Sequence record: LC727695.1
Reading direction: 5' to 3' (one strand)
Length of the DNA stretch: 64,000 nt
Below the pieces are notes generated by a model. That model was given only the letters and a program-made list of their open reading frames with translations. It had not been told where the DNA came from and did not search any database. Below, piece after piece: positions 45,195-53,333 of this stretch (position 1 is the stretch's first letter; each line of letters opens with the position of its first letter). A program made the position numbers and the translations under genes.

Positions 45195-45707
45195 ATGACT
45201 AACTCTAATCAGTTTGTAAGAACTATTGTAAAGTACCAAGATATCCTAGATGCTTTAATTCAAAAAACGAATGAGAACTGGGTTAATTATCGATCTAATT
45301 CTATTGGTCATATTGTTATTCGTGAATACAGGACTGTTGGATTATTTGTAGGTCGGCAATGTGGTAGTACAACTGCATTGATTGAGTTTGCTAATCGTCA
45401 TCCTGGCGAATGTCTAGCTGTATTTGTAGAAGATAAAATTAAACAGGCTGTACTGGCTAAGTTCCAGAATGCTAAAGATAATATTGTTTCTTGTTTAATT
45501 ACACACCAACTCCGTAAATATATTCATCAACCTGAGGAATCATCTATTCAAAAAGATATTAAAGAAGAATTAATATCGTCTGTAAAATATATTCTTGTTG
45601 ACAATGCCTCATTTAATCTGAACCTACGCGGTATCACTGATAAAGAATTTAACCAGTGGGTTGCAGATACTTTTGGTACAGAGGTAATGGTGGTTCGTTT
45701 TAGTTAG
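45195..45707 (+). CDS. hypothetical protein with a degenerate P-loop-like motif
   Basis: 170 aa, AAGGAG RBS, LFVGRQCGSTT. Confidence 0.75.
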   Translation: MTNSNQFVRTIVKYQDILDALIQKTNENWVNYRSNSIGHIVIREYRTVGLFVGRQCGSTTALIEFANRHPGECLAVFVEDKIKQAVLAKFQNAKDNIVSCLITHQLRKYIHQPEESSIQKDIKEELISSVKYILVDNASFNLNLRGITDKEFNQWVADTFGTEVMVVRFS

Positions 45708-45868
45708 AATTAGTAACTTTGATAGTTTCTAATAAGATTAACTACACGTTATTTACATAATGTCATAACAAGAAATAAATAATACTCAGATTGTAATAAT
45801 ATGTAGTTATTACATATCTATATTAGGTTGTCAGTAACTCATCTCTAATATAAAATCGCCATAATTCT

Positions 45869-45905
45869 TCCGTGATAGCTCAGTCGGTAGAGCAAGTGAC
45901 TGTTA
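45869..45905 (+). pseudogene. 5' half (nt 1-37) of a split tRNA-Asn
   Basis: identical to 43743-43779; ends after GTT-A. Confidence 0.95.
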
Positions 45906-45914
45906 CGATTTCAT

Positions 45915-46001
45915 TGGTAAGTACCCGAGTGGCAGCAGGGAGCGGACTGTTAATCCGTTGGCGAAAGCCCACCGTAGGTTCGAATCCTACCTTACCAGCC
46001 A
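45915..46001 (+). tRNA. atypical class II (long variable arm) tRNA with GUU (Asn) anticodon
   Basis: TGGTAAG/CTTACCA, G73, CCA; D arm CCCGAGTGGCAGCAGGG; GCGGA-CTGTTAA-TCCGT; V arm GGC-GAAA-GCC; GTAGG-TTCGAAT-CCTAC. Confidence 0.88.
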
Positions 46002-46006
46002 ATTTC

Positions 46007-46032
46007 TAAAAGTAGCCAGCTGGCTACTTTTA
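46007..46032 (+). terminator. perfect 26-bp palindrome/terminator after the nested tRNA
   Basis: TAAAAGTAGCCAG-CTGGCTACTTTTA. Confidence 0.8.
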
Positions 46033-46084
46033 TCTTGTTCTATAGATCGAACTAGCTATCTATTTTTTAAACCCTAGGTTCGAT

Positions 46085-46643
46085 ATGAAAGAAAAAAATA
46101 ATTAATGGTTATCGGGCTCTGTATTTACCTGAACATCGGCAGGCAAAAGCTAACCCCAAAATGTTTGGATGGGTATACGAACACCGTGTAGTCGGTGAAG
46201 ATACAATCGGAAGATCTCTTTACGATGACGAAGAGGTTCATCATTTGGATGAGAACAAACTCAATAACCATCCCGATAATCTTTTGATCCTCCCTCAATC
46301 ACAGCATCTAAAACTACATGCATGGATGAAACGACTGGGCATTGATCCAAAGAACTATCCTACAAAACTTTGTGGTGCTTGTGGTAGGGTAATGAATCAT
46401 AAATTGATTAAATTCTGTAACCCTGAGTGTTCTGCCAAAGGTCGACGTAAGGTTGATCGACCATCTAAAGAACAACTCGTCCTTGACGTTACATTGTTAT
46501 CTCTTGTGAAAATAGGAGAAAAGTATGGGGTATCGGATAATGCAATTCGTAAATGGTGTCGGTCATACAAAATCAATATTCCAGCTAGGTTTATTAGGGT
46601 CAGCACTAATGGGGGTATTAGCACCTTGGCCCCCACACAATAA
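46085..46643 (+). CDS. HNH homing endonuclease (HNH + CxxC/CxxxC zinc ribbon + HTH), frameshifted near the start; in-frame ATG at 46161
   Basis: YEHR...VHHLDENKLNNHPDNL; CGAC...CNPEC; GVSDNAIRKW; upstream GYRALYLPEH lies in the same frame but the ATG at 46085 is out of frame across an A7 run. Confidence 0.88.
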
Positions 46644-46679
46644 AAATATACTCGATGTAGATTAATATACAAAAACATA

Positions 46680-46718
46680 ATCACTGGGTCCCTGGTTCTA
46701 ACCCAGGTCACGGAGCCA
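46680..46718 (+). pseudogene. 3' half (nt 38-76) of the split tRNA-Asn
   Basis: 36/39 identical to 43780-43818; all three differences are in the T loop; CCA present. Confidence 0.95.
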
Positions 46719-46762
46719 ATTCATAGTTTTAGATTTAGTTATATTTCACTACTATGTAAACT

Positions 46763-46788
46763 ATAAAGGCAGCTAATGCTGCCTTTAT
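46763..46788 (+). terminator. terminator after the 3' tRNA half
   Basis: ATAAAGGCAGC-TAAT-GCTGCCTTTAT. Confidence 0.85.
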
Positions 46789-46849
46789 GTCGTCTTGTAA
46801 AAGTACCCAGTAGTTGAATCTTATAGCTGAATACAAATAGGGTAAAGAC

Positions 46850-47035
46850 ATGTCACTTAAAGCATTGCAAGATATAGTTAGTAGTGTTCCTACAAATGAA
46901 CAAAAGGAACGATTAGTTAAAGTTCGGAAAACGATGGAAGAGCTAAATGAGTCTATTAAGAATCAGATTCGTAATAAACGACCTAGTCAAGCTCTTCTCG
47001 ACAAAACGATAAACTGGGGTACCAAGTATGGCTAA
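46850..47035 (+). CDS. small coiled-coil protein
   Basis: 61 aa, overlaps the next gene. Confidence 0.65.
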   Translation: MSLKALQDIVSSVPTNEQKERLVKVRKTMEELNESIKNQIRNKRPSQALLDKTINWGTKYG

Positions 47036-47318
47036 GACATTAGTTCGTGCAAAGCTGATTACTGAAGCTGGTCAATGGATGTCGTCTGACTGGGAATGTG
47101 GTTTCCGTGCATGTCGATTCGTGAAACTTGGTAATGATCATGTAAACATAAAAGACTTTGAGGCTATGATCACGGCATTCGAAGTTGGTGACATGTTAGT
47201 GATTTGGCCAAATGGGCTTAGAACTTCGTATAGTGTGGATAATTTCAATAAGTACTTTTCCCATATCAAAGATGAATACCATGAGACTGATCTCCGTCCA
47301 CTCTTTTACCCCAAGTAG
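47028..47318 (+). CDS. hypothetical protein
   Basis: 96 aa; GDMLVIWPNGLRTSYSVDNFNKYF. Confidence 0.7.
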   Translation: MAKTLVRAKLITEAGQWMSSDWECGFRACRFVKLGNDHVNIKDFEAMITAFEVGDMLVIWPNGLRTSYSVDNFNKYFSHIKDEYHETDLRPLFYPK

Positions 47319-47534
47319 TTGAGCTTATGATAACTATATTCGTGTATAAATACATTACATTCGTTATACCCTTTAATTGATTGAAATCAAGCTACATAAA
47401 AGTGATTGAATGGTCCATGTAGGTGATAATTTTAATAAAGGTAAAGGATTTATCAGAGAATATCTCAGTGCATTTAGGTATTTTATCACTCGCCTATCTA
47501 AATCACATAAAGCCCTTTACCGAGGAATGTGAGA

Positions 47535-47630
47535 ATGTTGGTTGCGATTGATAATACTGGGACAGAATATGATGTCGACCCAACTGATGAAGTAGACGTA
47601 ATGTTTGTATTTAGACCCACACTAAAATAA
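47535..47630 (+). CDS. micro-protein (31 aa) missed by the track
   Basis: GAGGA RBS; MLVAIDNTGTEYDVDPTDEVDVMFVFRPTLK*. Confidence 0.5.
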   Translation: MLVAIDNTGTEYDVDPTDEVDVMFVFRPTLK

Positions 47631-47789
47631 CTTTATATGACTTAATACCCCTCTATATAGAGTGGTCTATTTATAAGTAAAATTATACATAGAGTTAATA
47701 TTATTTGTAGATTAGTTCTACACATAACTCAACTTGAAACCGGGTGTTAATAAAATTTAACACTACGGAAAACATAAAGGTGTATAAAA

Positions 47790-48419
47790 ATGGCTTTTCA
47801 TTTTACTGAAGTAGATTTAAATGATTTTATCAATGAATCAGGTAAAGACTTAAAAATAAATGTTGGTAAACAAACACTAGCAGTTTATGATATCGATAGG
47901 CTAAATATTGTTAATTCAACTATTAATAAACTAGTTTATAATGAACCTATAAGTGAAGAACACATAGATGCATCACTTACAGATAATTCATTAAAAGAGC
48001 TTAATGATTATTTACTAAATGTTGGTGTTACTGAAAGCGCTAAAATGATGATTGATGCTGTGTTAGAATTAAGCGATTATCATAAAAGTGATGAATACTT
48101 TAACCCAATGATGTATAAATTAAAAAGTATGCACACTAAAAATACAGATGGTGTTTATTTGATATTTTTACCAACGCCTACTATCGATGATCAAATTAAC
48201 ACCATGCAAGGGTATATTATCAATAAATCCGGTAATCTCATTAGGACTACTGTACAGTCATGGCGATTTGAGAAAATTGAATTCAAAGACTTAGCCAAAC
48301 ATGATAGACGTTGGTTATTTATTGAATATTACATTAATGTTAAACAAACGAAAAATAATATAATCAAAGAGCAACAAGATGAATTAACTAAATTTATTTA
48401 TTATAGTACTCTAAGTTAA
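47790..48419 (+). CDS. hypothetical protein
   Basis: 209 aa, AAGGTG RBS; ends at terminator 48443-48465. Confidence 0.75.
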   Translation: MAFHFTEVDLNDFINESGKDLKINVGKQTLAVYDIDRLNIVNSTINKLVYNEPISEEHIDASLTDNSLKELNDYLLNVGVTESAKMMIDAVLELSDYHKSDEYFNPMMYKLKSMHTKNTDGVYLIFLPTPTIDDQINTMQGYIINKSGNLIRTTVQSWRFEKIEFKDLAKHDRRWLFIEYYINVKQTKNNIIKEQQDELTKFIYYSTLS

Positions 48420-48475
48420 AACAAATAAAAAATAAATATAAGAGCTAGCCCCTAATGGGCTAGCTTTATGTTATC

Positions 48476-48613
48476 TTACTCTGCTACATCTTTTACATCA
48501 GGTTTATTATTCCAACGTACTGCTCTCGCAATACCATACGTAAGAATAAGAGCACCCACGGTGCCAATAGTGGTGCTAATAATAATGCCAAGAGTTTTTG
48601 GATCAATATTCAT
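48476..48613 (-). CDS. small single-TM early protein (45 aa) missed by the track
   Basis: MNIDPKTLGIIISTTIGTVGALILTYGIARAVRW...; own early promoter and AGGA RBS. Confidence 0.7.
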   Translation of the reverse strand: MNIDPKTLGIIISTTIGTVGALILTYGIARAVRWNNKPDVKDVAE

Positions 48614-48669
48614 ATTTAGTATCCTATTTACAATTAATAGAAAATATTACTTTTAGTAATATCACATTT

Positions 48670-48697
48670 GTAATATACCTTTTAAATAGGTTTGAAT
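48670..48697 (-). promoter_or_regulatory. early vRNAP promoter
   Basis: ATTCAAACCTATTTAAAAGGTATATTAC on the minus strand. Confidence 0.85.
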
Positions 48698-48761
48698 ATA
48701 ACTTTATTTATTATAATAAATTAAAATAATACTTTCATATACACTATATGTAGAAGATTAC

Positions 48762-48838
48762 GCCGCTATAGCTCAGCTAGGTAGAGCAACGCACTTGTAA
48801 TGCGTAGGTCCTCCGTTCGATTCGGAGTGGCGGCACCA
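48762..48838 (+). tRNA. tRNA-Thr(UGU)
   Basis: GCCGCTA/TGGCGGC, ACGCA-CTTGTAA-TGCGT, CCA. Confidence 0.97.
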
Positions 48839-48967
48839 AATTTACTGAGGTTTAAACTATTCTTAAATATATTAGTTAGGATGGGATTGAACGTGAAAGA
48901 CTCAGTAAATCATATTGCCCCTCCATATGGAGGGGCTTATGTTTGTCATTAATCAGGAAAATATAAA

Positions 48968-49144
48968 ATGAGTCATCTATTATTTATCATCCAAGAATAT
49001 ATTACTAATAAATTTGAGATAACACGAATTGACATGAAGACAGGCAATAGAATGTTACGTGTATGTGTATACGGTCAACATGATGGAAAAGGTTTCGTCC
49101 GTGTAGATTTATGGTCAGTTGGTTATCGTATTACAAAGAAATAA
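48968..49144 (+). CDS. small protein (58 aa) missed by the track
   Basis: AGGA RBS; MSHLLFIIQEY...GYRITKK*. Confidence 0.6.
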   Translation: MSHLLFIIQEYITNKFEITRIDMKTGNRMLRVCVYGQHDGKGFVRVDLWSVGYRITKK

Positions 49145-49186
49145 TACTCCAGATTATTTAATATGTATTGATCAAAGGAGTTTATA

Positions 49187-49597
49187 ATGAGTAATGAAAC
49201 TAACTATCTAGGTTATGAATGGAAAACAGATATAACTACTTCAAATCTTAATAGAGTAGTTGATTTATATACACTTGAATTAGCATGGCTAAAAGAAGAT
49301 TTTAATGATACTCTTTTTATAAAGTCTTATAAAGTACTAGAGGGTTTATTAGAAGAGCCATCTAGGGCAATCCATGATGATACAGTGTCCATTCAAAATC
49401 AATTAGATGAATTAAATACTGTTTTTAAATTAGTATTTGGAAAAGATAATGATGTAGAGTTATCAATTAATAATGATTCAATTATTGTAATCGGCACTAC
49501 ATATGCAACTAAAGAAAAGTTAGAAGTAGAGGTACGTGAGTTTGCATATAGGAAATCATTAATTGATGAACGTTATCCAGATATTGTAACGGATTAA
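49187..49597 (+). CDS. hypothetical protein
   Basis: 136 aa, AAGGAG RBS. Confidence 0.75.
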   Translation: MSNETNYLGYEWKTDITTSNLNRVVDLYTLELAWLKEDFNDTLFIKSYKVLEGLLEEPSRAIHDDTVSIQNQLDELNTVFKLVFGKDNDVELSINNDSIIVIGTTYATKEKLEVEVREFAYRKSLIDERYPDIVTD

Positions 49598-49677
49598 AAT
49601 ACTTACAGCTATCTAGTATGTAACTAGGCGGATTGCCATTTGTAAATTATCTATTTAATCAAACTGAGGAAATACTA

Positions 49678-50067
49678 ATGAAACAATTCTTTCAACTAAT
49701 TCTAAGTCTGCTTTTCAAGCTACCCATTCTATCACACATTGCTGAGAAAAAACGACTGGAGAAAGAGAAAAAGGAAGAAGAGAAACGCCAGCAGAAGCAG
49801 CGTCAGAAAGAACTACTTGAAGTCCTACGTCGGGAACAGGAAGATCAATATCGTAAGACTGCATATGCACGCTTAGCAAAACTTATTCATACCCGTTGGT
49901 ATGATGAATTTAATGCATATGAACGCAAACTAGTGGATCTTGCAGTATCTGGTGGTTACGCTATTAGTGTTAAATACGGTAAAGTAACTAAGATGCAACA
50001 CCCTCAACAATTTAAACTACTTAATGATTGGCTAGATGATATTCCAGTAGAAGATTATTCTAAGTGA
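49678..50067 (+). CDS. protein with N-terminal amphipathic helix and charged coiled coil
   Basis: start MKQFF after GAGGA (track opens at 49633). Confidence 0.7.
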   Translation: MKQFFQLILSLLFKLPILSHIAEKKRLEKEKKEEEKRQQKQRQKELLEVLRREQEDQYRKTAYARLAKLIHTRWYDEFNAYERKLVDLAVSGGYAISVKYGKVTKMQHPQQFKLLNDWLDDIPVEDYSK

Positions 50068-50089
50068 GTTTAAATAAAGAAAATAAAGA

Positions 50090-50122
50090 CATAGCCCCTC
50101 TCCATGTGGAGAGGGGTTTATG
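50090..50122. terminator. bidirectional terminator
   Basis: CCCCTCTCC-ATGT-GGAGAGGGG flanked by CATA/TATG; convergent genes. Confidence 0.85.
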
Positions 50123-50128
50123 CCGTAA

Positions 50129-50809
50129 TTATACACTTACTTTGATAAGATTTTTAATATCAGTAAAATGGGTATATGTTGCCTTTTTATCTTTGTGAAC
50201 CAGTAAGCAACAGGTACCTTCATTTACTGTATTGGTTTGTTTTAATGGGATATTTAAAGCATATTCAAACAGATCATCCATCCAGTTAAATACCATGAAC
50301 TTATTGATAAGGACATGATCGAAATCAATTAATCCAATAAACGAATCGATCTCAGATTGATAATACTCTACAACCATTTTAGACCATTCTTTGTTTATCG
50401 CCTCAATGACATTAGGATTATTTATTTTATTAAATAACTCAATACGTTCCTGAGTAGGTAAACTGAGGTAATAATTAATATTACTCCTAACGATATCTGG
50501 ATTAGTGATATCCATTTTTTCTGGTAAGTTATATTTACTATCTACATAATTCTTAGTTTCTGGTGTCATTCTCCAGCAACCATAATCAGCAGTAGTACTT
50601 GATGGATCTATTTTAGTCTCCACTACTTTAGAAAATACATCTACATATAAATTAACAGATTCGTATACATCAGGTCTGATTGGATTAAAGTTTAAACTTT
50701 TAATAAGACCCCTAACTGGCCGAGTACCAATTAGACAATGCAATTCAAGTTTAACATTTTCCTCTTTAGCCATCTTAAATATATCAGCAAAACTGAGCTT
50801 TTCTGCCAT
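50129..50809 (-). CDS. hypothetical protein
   Basis: 226 aa, AAGG RBS. Confidence 0.75.
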   Translation of the reverse strand: MAEKLSFADIFKMAKEENVKLELHCLIGTRPVRGLIKSLNFNPIRPDVYESVNLYVDVFSKVVETKIDPSSTTADYGCWRMTPETKNYVDSKYNLPEKMDITNPDIVRSNINYYLSLPTQERIELFNKINNPNVIEAINKEWSKMVVEYYQSEIDSFIGLIDFDHVLINKFMVFNWMDDLFEYALNIPLKQTNTVNEGTCCLLVHKDKKATYTHFTDIKNLIKVSV

Positions 50810-50977
50810 TTAGAATATACCTTTTATTAATTGGACAAATAGATTAGATACACATAGCAATAGAATAAACCATAAACCTAGTCTTTGTAATTTATCTATA
50901 CGCTTAGCTTTTTGTTTCCTCTTTAATCTAACTAATAATGTATTTTTAATATCATTCATTAAATTATCTCAGATTTT

Positions 50978-51508
50978 TTAGACGGTGTATAAACCCTCAG
51001 TATTACATGTTGTTATGATATTGTAAAGACGATGCCAATAGCGATCATACGTATTTTTACGTTTGTAGCTATTGGTGCGGATGACTAGATTGGCGACCCA
51101 GTGATTCTGATCAATGGTCTCATGTAGATGCCCGAAATAAGCCCCCAGTTCAATTTCGAATGGGATCTTACACTCACGCCCCTTACACATTGCTTCACGC
51201 AATAAACGCATTGCAGAATTCTCTGCATTGGTATCTTTAAATAAAAGACTAATGTATCCAGGGCTACCACCAGTTTCTTCATCAACATGGCCTGAACAGC
51301 AATAAATAGTTGCAACATTGATAAATTGATTAAACCATTTAATTAATGGCCTACATGCTTCATCAATAAGATCTTCATATTCAGGTTTATACATTACTTT
51401 AACAGTATCATCTGCACGTTGTTTCACATGATGAAAATATTGCTCCCAATTTACATTAGTGTAATATAGCATATCCATATTAGAATTACTCATACAAATC
51501 AACCCCAT
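50978..51508 (-). CDS. TYW3-like (tRNA methyltransferase-like fold) protein
   Basis: LIDEACRPLIKWFN...ATIYCCSGH resembles the TYW3 N-terminal pattern ID..I..L...IN.....T.SSCSG. Confidence 0.5.
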   Translation of the reverse strand: MGLICMSNSNMDMLYYTNVNWEQYFHHVKQRADDTVKVMYKPEYEDLIDEACRPLIKWFNQFINVATIYCCSGHVDEETGGSPGYISLLFKDTNAENSAMRLLREAMCKGRECKIPFEIELGAYFGHLHETIDQNHWVANLVIRTNSYKRKNTYDRYWHRLYNIITTCNTEGLYTV

Positions 51509-52230
51509 ATGTTATTGGCATATTCGCGGTCATTGAAAATGCGGGTAAGATCCATCCGCTTTTGAATGCGCGCTAGTATCCATTTTAGTTGTTTAGTTGA
51601 TAGTTCTTGATTTTGCTTGTACTCACCTGTAGCATGGATGTAATAATCAAATTTACGACTTACAGTAGTAGTATGTGCACATGCAATAGCAAATGCTTCA
51701 AGTGCAGTTAGTTTGGTTGATCCATTATCATTACAATTAGGGATAAACTCAAGTACACTATTAACTGCATCTACACCACTACCCAAATGAGCCCAATCTT
51801 TCTTGGTGATGTTGATACCCATGTCTTTAAGAATAACTGTATATATGTCACCATTCTCCATAGTGAACATCATAGAAGTATTACCATTAAACAACCTGCG
51901 TTCTATGACTGGCAAGATATTTACTTCAACTTTAAACCAATCAGCTAAATCAACACCTGCGGTAAGGGCATTCAATAGATCATAAACATTATCTATAGTT
52001 CCAGCAAAAGCCATAGTTTTAACACGTTTACCTTGCCAAGTAACTGTCGGATGAAAAATTATCTTGTGGCAATCATTGTAATATACATCTACACCTTCAG
52101 CTTTAGCAGTTAGATCAATATAACCGTTATCTAATACTGGAAGTCGCCCAATGCTATCAGTTGCATTATTCCGCTCAATTAATAGGCAGTCTGCAATCAT
52201 GACTTTACCATCATTTACGATATATGTCAT
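51499..52230 (-). CDS. hypothetical protein
   Basis: about 243 aa, AGGAG RBS. Confidence 0.75.
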   Translation of the reverse strand: MTYIVNDGKVMIADCLLIERNNATDSIGRLPVLDNGYIDLTAKAEGVDVYYNDCHKIIFHPTVTWQGKRVKTMAFAGTIDNVYDLLNALTAGVDLADWFKVEVNILPVIERRLFNGNTSMMFTMENGDIYTVILKDMGINITKKDWAHLGSGVDAVNSVLEFIPNCNDNGSTKLTALEAFAIACAHTTTVSRKFDYYIHATGEYKQNQELSTKQLKWILARIQKRMDLTRIFNDREYANNIWG

Positions 52231-52273
52231 TTTCACTCCTTATAATAAAATAAATAGGCTTAAGCGAAATAAA

Positions 52274-52293
52274 GCCCTCCCCGAAGGGAGGGC
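52274..52293 (-). terminator. intrinsic terminator
   Basis: GCCCTCCC-CGAA-GGGAGGGC. Confidence 0.85.
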
Positions 52294-52396
52294 ATTATCA
52301 ATAGGTGGGATCTCGGCGGCACCTTCATTTGCGGACGGGAACGCTGAAGGGAGATAGTCCGGGAGATCCCGATTTGGGTATTCTTTACATATGGTA

Positions 52397-52777
52397 TTAC
52401 TGCAAGTATTTGTTCCCCGCAGTATAATCACCATTGATCCAATTTTTGATTACAACACTGATCCCTTCATTTTCTTTAACGGTAACCCCCAACTCAAGAT
52501 CGATTGATTGATAAGCTACAGCCGCCAGTGTTAACCGAAGATAAACGGATCCATCTTTTTCGATATCGTAGGATACTACGAACCCGTCTTGTAGATTTTG
52601 TAGCTGGAATGTATTAGCATGTTGTGGGTGGAGACGATCCATATTGTACTCGACGACATCTAGTAGATATTGCCGAGTATCAGCAGCATTATCAAATCCG
52701 AGATCGCACAGACCGATCGGATAGCGAGCTTGCGTGCATGTAACTTTCATAGATACTACACGATGTTGTTTGCACAT
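52397..52777 (-). CDS. hypothetical protein
   Basis: 126 aa, GAGGA RBS. Confidence 0.7.
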   Translation of the reverse strand: MCKQHRVVSMKVTCTQARYPIGLCDLGFDNAADTRQYLLDVVEYNMDRLHPQHANTFQLQNLQDGFVVSYDIEKDGSVYLRLTLAAVAYQSIDLELGVTVKENEGISVVIKNWINGDYTAGNKYLQ

Positions 52778-52918
52778 TATATTTTCCTCTTAGATGTCAA
52801 AAACCCTCCCCGATCAGGGGAGGGTATCTCATTGGTACTTCTTCAGCAAAACTGAAACTAAGATAAAAGAGCAATCGTAAAGGAACTACATAGAATAGTG
52901 TATTTCTTTTACTATTTT

Positions 52919-53332
52919 TTACACAACCTCTTTAGATGGGGGTTCTTTATGAATCCAGTCTAAAGTTGTTGGTAAACTATTATCTGATCTGAAGGTACAC
53001 ACCGTCCGGAACCGAGAGTGATCAACTACAGATAATTGCCCGTTAATCGCAGCCTCATATTGCCTACACAACTTCACACACCTTTTCTCTAGATCAGTTG
53101 GTTCGTAACCTTCTTCTCTTGGTTCAGTGTATGGTCCATCCCAAAAGAATATTAATCTAAGATCAATCCCAGATTTATACTCCGCTTGGTATGAATATTG
53201 ATGAACATCAAAATCATCTAATTCTTCAACTAGATGTGATGTTATTGTTCTAGGGTGTTCATGAGTTAATTCACTGTATATATGTTTATTTCTAGGGTTT
53301 TGTAAATCAACTACGATAAGTTGACTAGTCAT
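52919..53332 (-). CDS. hypothetical protein
   Basis: start moved to MTSQLIVV, 1 nt after the upstream stop. Confidence 0.7.
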   Translation of the reverse strand: MTSQLIVVDLQNPRNKHIYSELTHEHPRTITSHLVEELDDFDVHQYSYQAEYKSGIDLRLIFFWDGPYTEPREEGYEPTDLEKRCVKLCRQYEAAINGQLSVVDHSRFRTVCTFRSDNSLPTTLDWIHKEPPSKEVV

Positions 53333-53333
53333 T

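Larger units (their letters stand above)
45906..46679 (+). mobile_element. 774-bp insert in the tRNA-Asn anticodon loop (tRNA + HNH endonuclease)
   Basis: bounded exactly by complementary tRNA halves; TA dinucleotide at both junctions. Confidence 0.8.

Noticed and set aside
45906-46679. Group I or group II self-splicing intron in tRNA-Asn
   Set aside because: No junction placement gives a terminal G or a GUGYG start; I could not see P/Q/R/S or domain V motifs; an internal terminator is present.
46397-46711. 104-aa minus-strand ORF
   Set aside because: Antisense to the HNH gene and the tRNA 3' half; no RBS or family motif.
52151-52434. 64- and 68-aa ORFs
   Set aside because: They span a terminator and a structured UTR; better explained as RNA elements.
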